A stretch of DNA of 64,000 nucleotides from positions 569,594,001 through 569,658,000 of the forward strand of contig NC_067399.1 of NCBI RefSeq assembly GCF_016432865.1. Reading direction: 5' to 3'. The notes beneath the pieces were generated by a model. The model ran no database searches and was not told the origin of the DNA. It saw only the letters and a program-made list of their open reading frames with translations. This stretch comes from Antechinus flavipes (taxonomy: Eukaryota). Positions 63,340-64,000 of this stretch are shown piece after piece. The stretch's first letter is position 1. The number at the start of each line of letters is the position of its first letter. Position numbers and translations under genes: made by a program.

Positions 63340-64000
63340 TGTATGACGTCAGTAACTGACATTTGTGTTTATTTGGACAGGGAACTGTGAGGTGCGTTTA
63401 ATTCAGAAAAGTTAGATTAATGGGATAATAACTTAGGGGAAAACAAAGCCACTCTGCGACTCTCCCGCATGCCCACTAAATACAGGCATAGGTGGTCAAC
63501 GCTAAAACTAGGTCTCTCACGTAGCGAAAGGAACAAGAATTCACTCAAGCCCAGGACGGGATCCATGCTGGGCGCGGCTTTGGGCGGCGGACTCCTTTCG
63601 TGCGGGCAGGAGTGCATCAGTGCCTCCATTGGGGGCAGAACTAGTAAGGGCAGTACCAAGGAGGCCGACGTCTGGGGAAACGAAGGGCTTGATGGATGGC
63701 CTAGTCATCAAAGACCCCGGGGGTCCCTAGAGCCCCTTCGCCCCCAAAACTATAGCTAATAGAGCTACTCAGTCCCGGAAATTCTCCAAAATTCCCATCC
63801 ACTCCCGGCACACGGAACGCATTCAGGCCGACGCGGCTTTCCTCTCCTGCGCAGCACAGCCTGTGTTTCTAGGGTAACCAGGAAGCGTCCCGTATTAACC
63901 AATCACAGAGCGGCCCCACCCCGCGGGCCGGTTTGAAATTTCTGCGCAGGGCAAACGGTTCTCCTTGATTTAGCCGGGAGTCAGAAGCTGAACTGTTCTG
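63340..64000 (+). promoter_or_regulatory. CpG-island promoter with CCAAT box and CHR element of the next gene (PRC1 inferred)
   Basis: TGACGTCA 63344-63351; CCAAT 63899-63903; GC-rich CGCGG then TTTGAA 63932-63937. PRC1 follows VPS33B in the same orientation in human/mouse (recalled); no PRC1 coding sequence is visible. Confidence 0.55.

Noticed and set aside
63417-63759. 80-96 aa ORFs in the terminal CpG island
   Set aside because: No homology recognised; promoter-type sequence.
1-64000. tRNA, rRNA, snoRNA genes, CRISPR arrays, U12 introns
   Set aside because: None recognised by eye; tRNA-like motifs belong to SINE heads and all reconstructed introns are GT-AG without the U12 donor consensus. 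An Infernal/Rfam scan would be needed to exclude small ncRNAs.

Overview
Mammalian genomic DNA, inferred to be from an Australian marsupial, probably a dasyurid (MAR1/WSINE-type CORE-SINEs, marsupial L1 tails, an OC1-like MITE). Five intact spliced or single-exon genes were reconstructed by hand with GT-AG splice sites and phase checks: CIB1 (-), GDPGP1 (+), TTLL13 (+, 824 aa), NGRN (+, 310 aa) and HDDC3/MESH1 (+, 179 aa). VPS33B (+, 617 aa) is also complete but carries an internal duplication. The window starts in a probable 3' UTR (SEMA4B by synteny) and ends in a CCAAT/CHR CpG promoter (probably PRC1). Main anomalies: (1) a 1,523-bp head-to-tail duplication of VPS33B exons 20-22, about 99.6% identical, whose second copy has a 1-bp frameshift; it is either a recent duplication or an assembly haplotype artefact. 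(2) The TTLL13 stop codon sits inside a strong 5' splice-site match that is in phase with NGRN exon 2, so a TTLL13-NGRN fusion is possible. (3) An upstream exon could add a 59-aa Ala-rich N-terminus to TTLL13. (4) HDDC3 lies between NGRN and VPS33B, unlike the human/mouse order as I recall it. (5) Several informative transposon insertions. I found no evidence of a wholly new multi-gene system. Gene identities rest on recalled protein sequences, not database searches.
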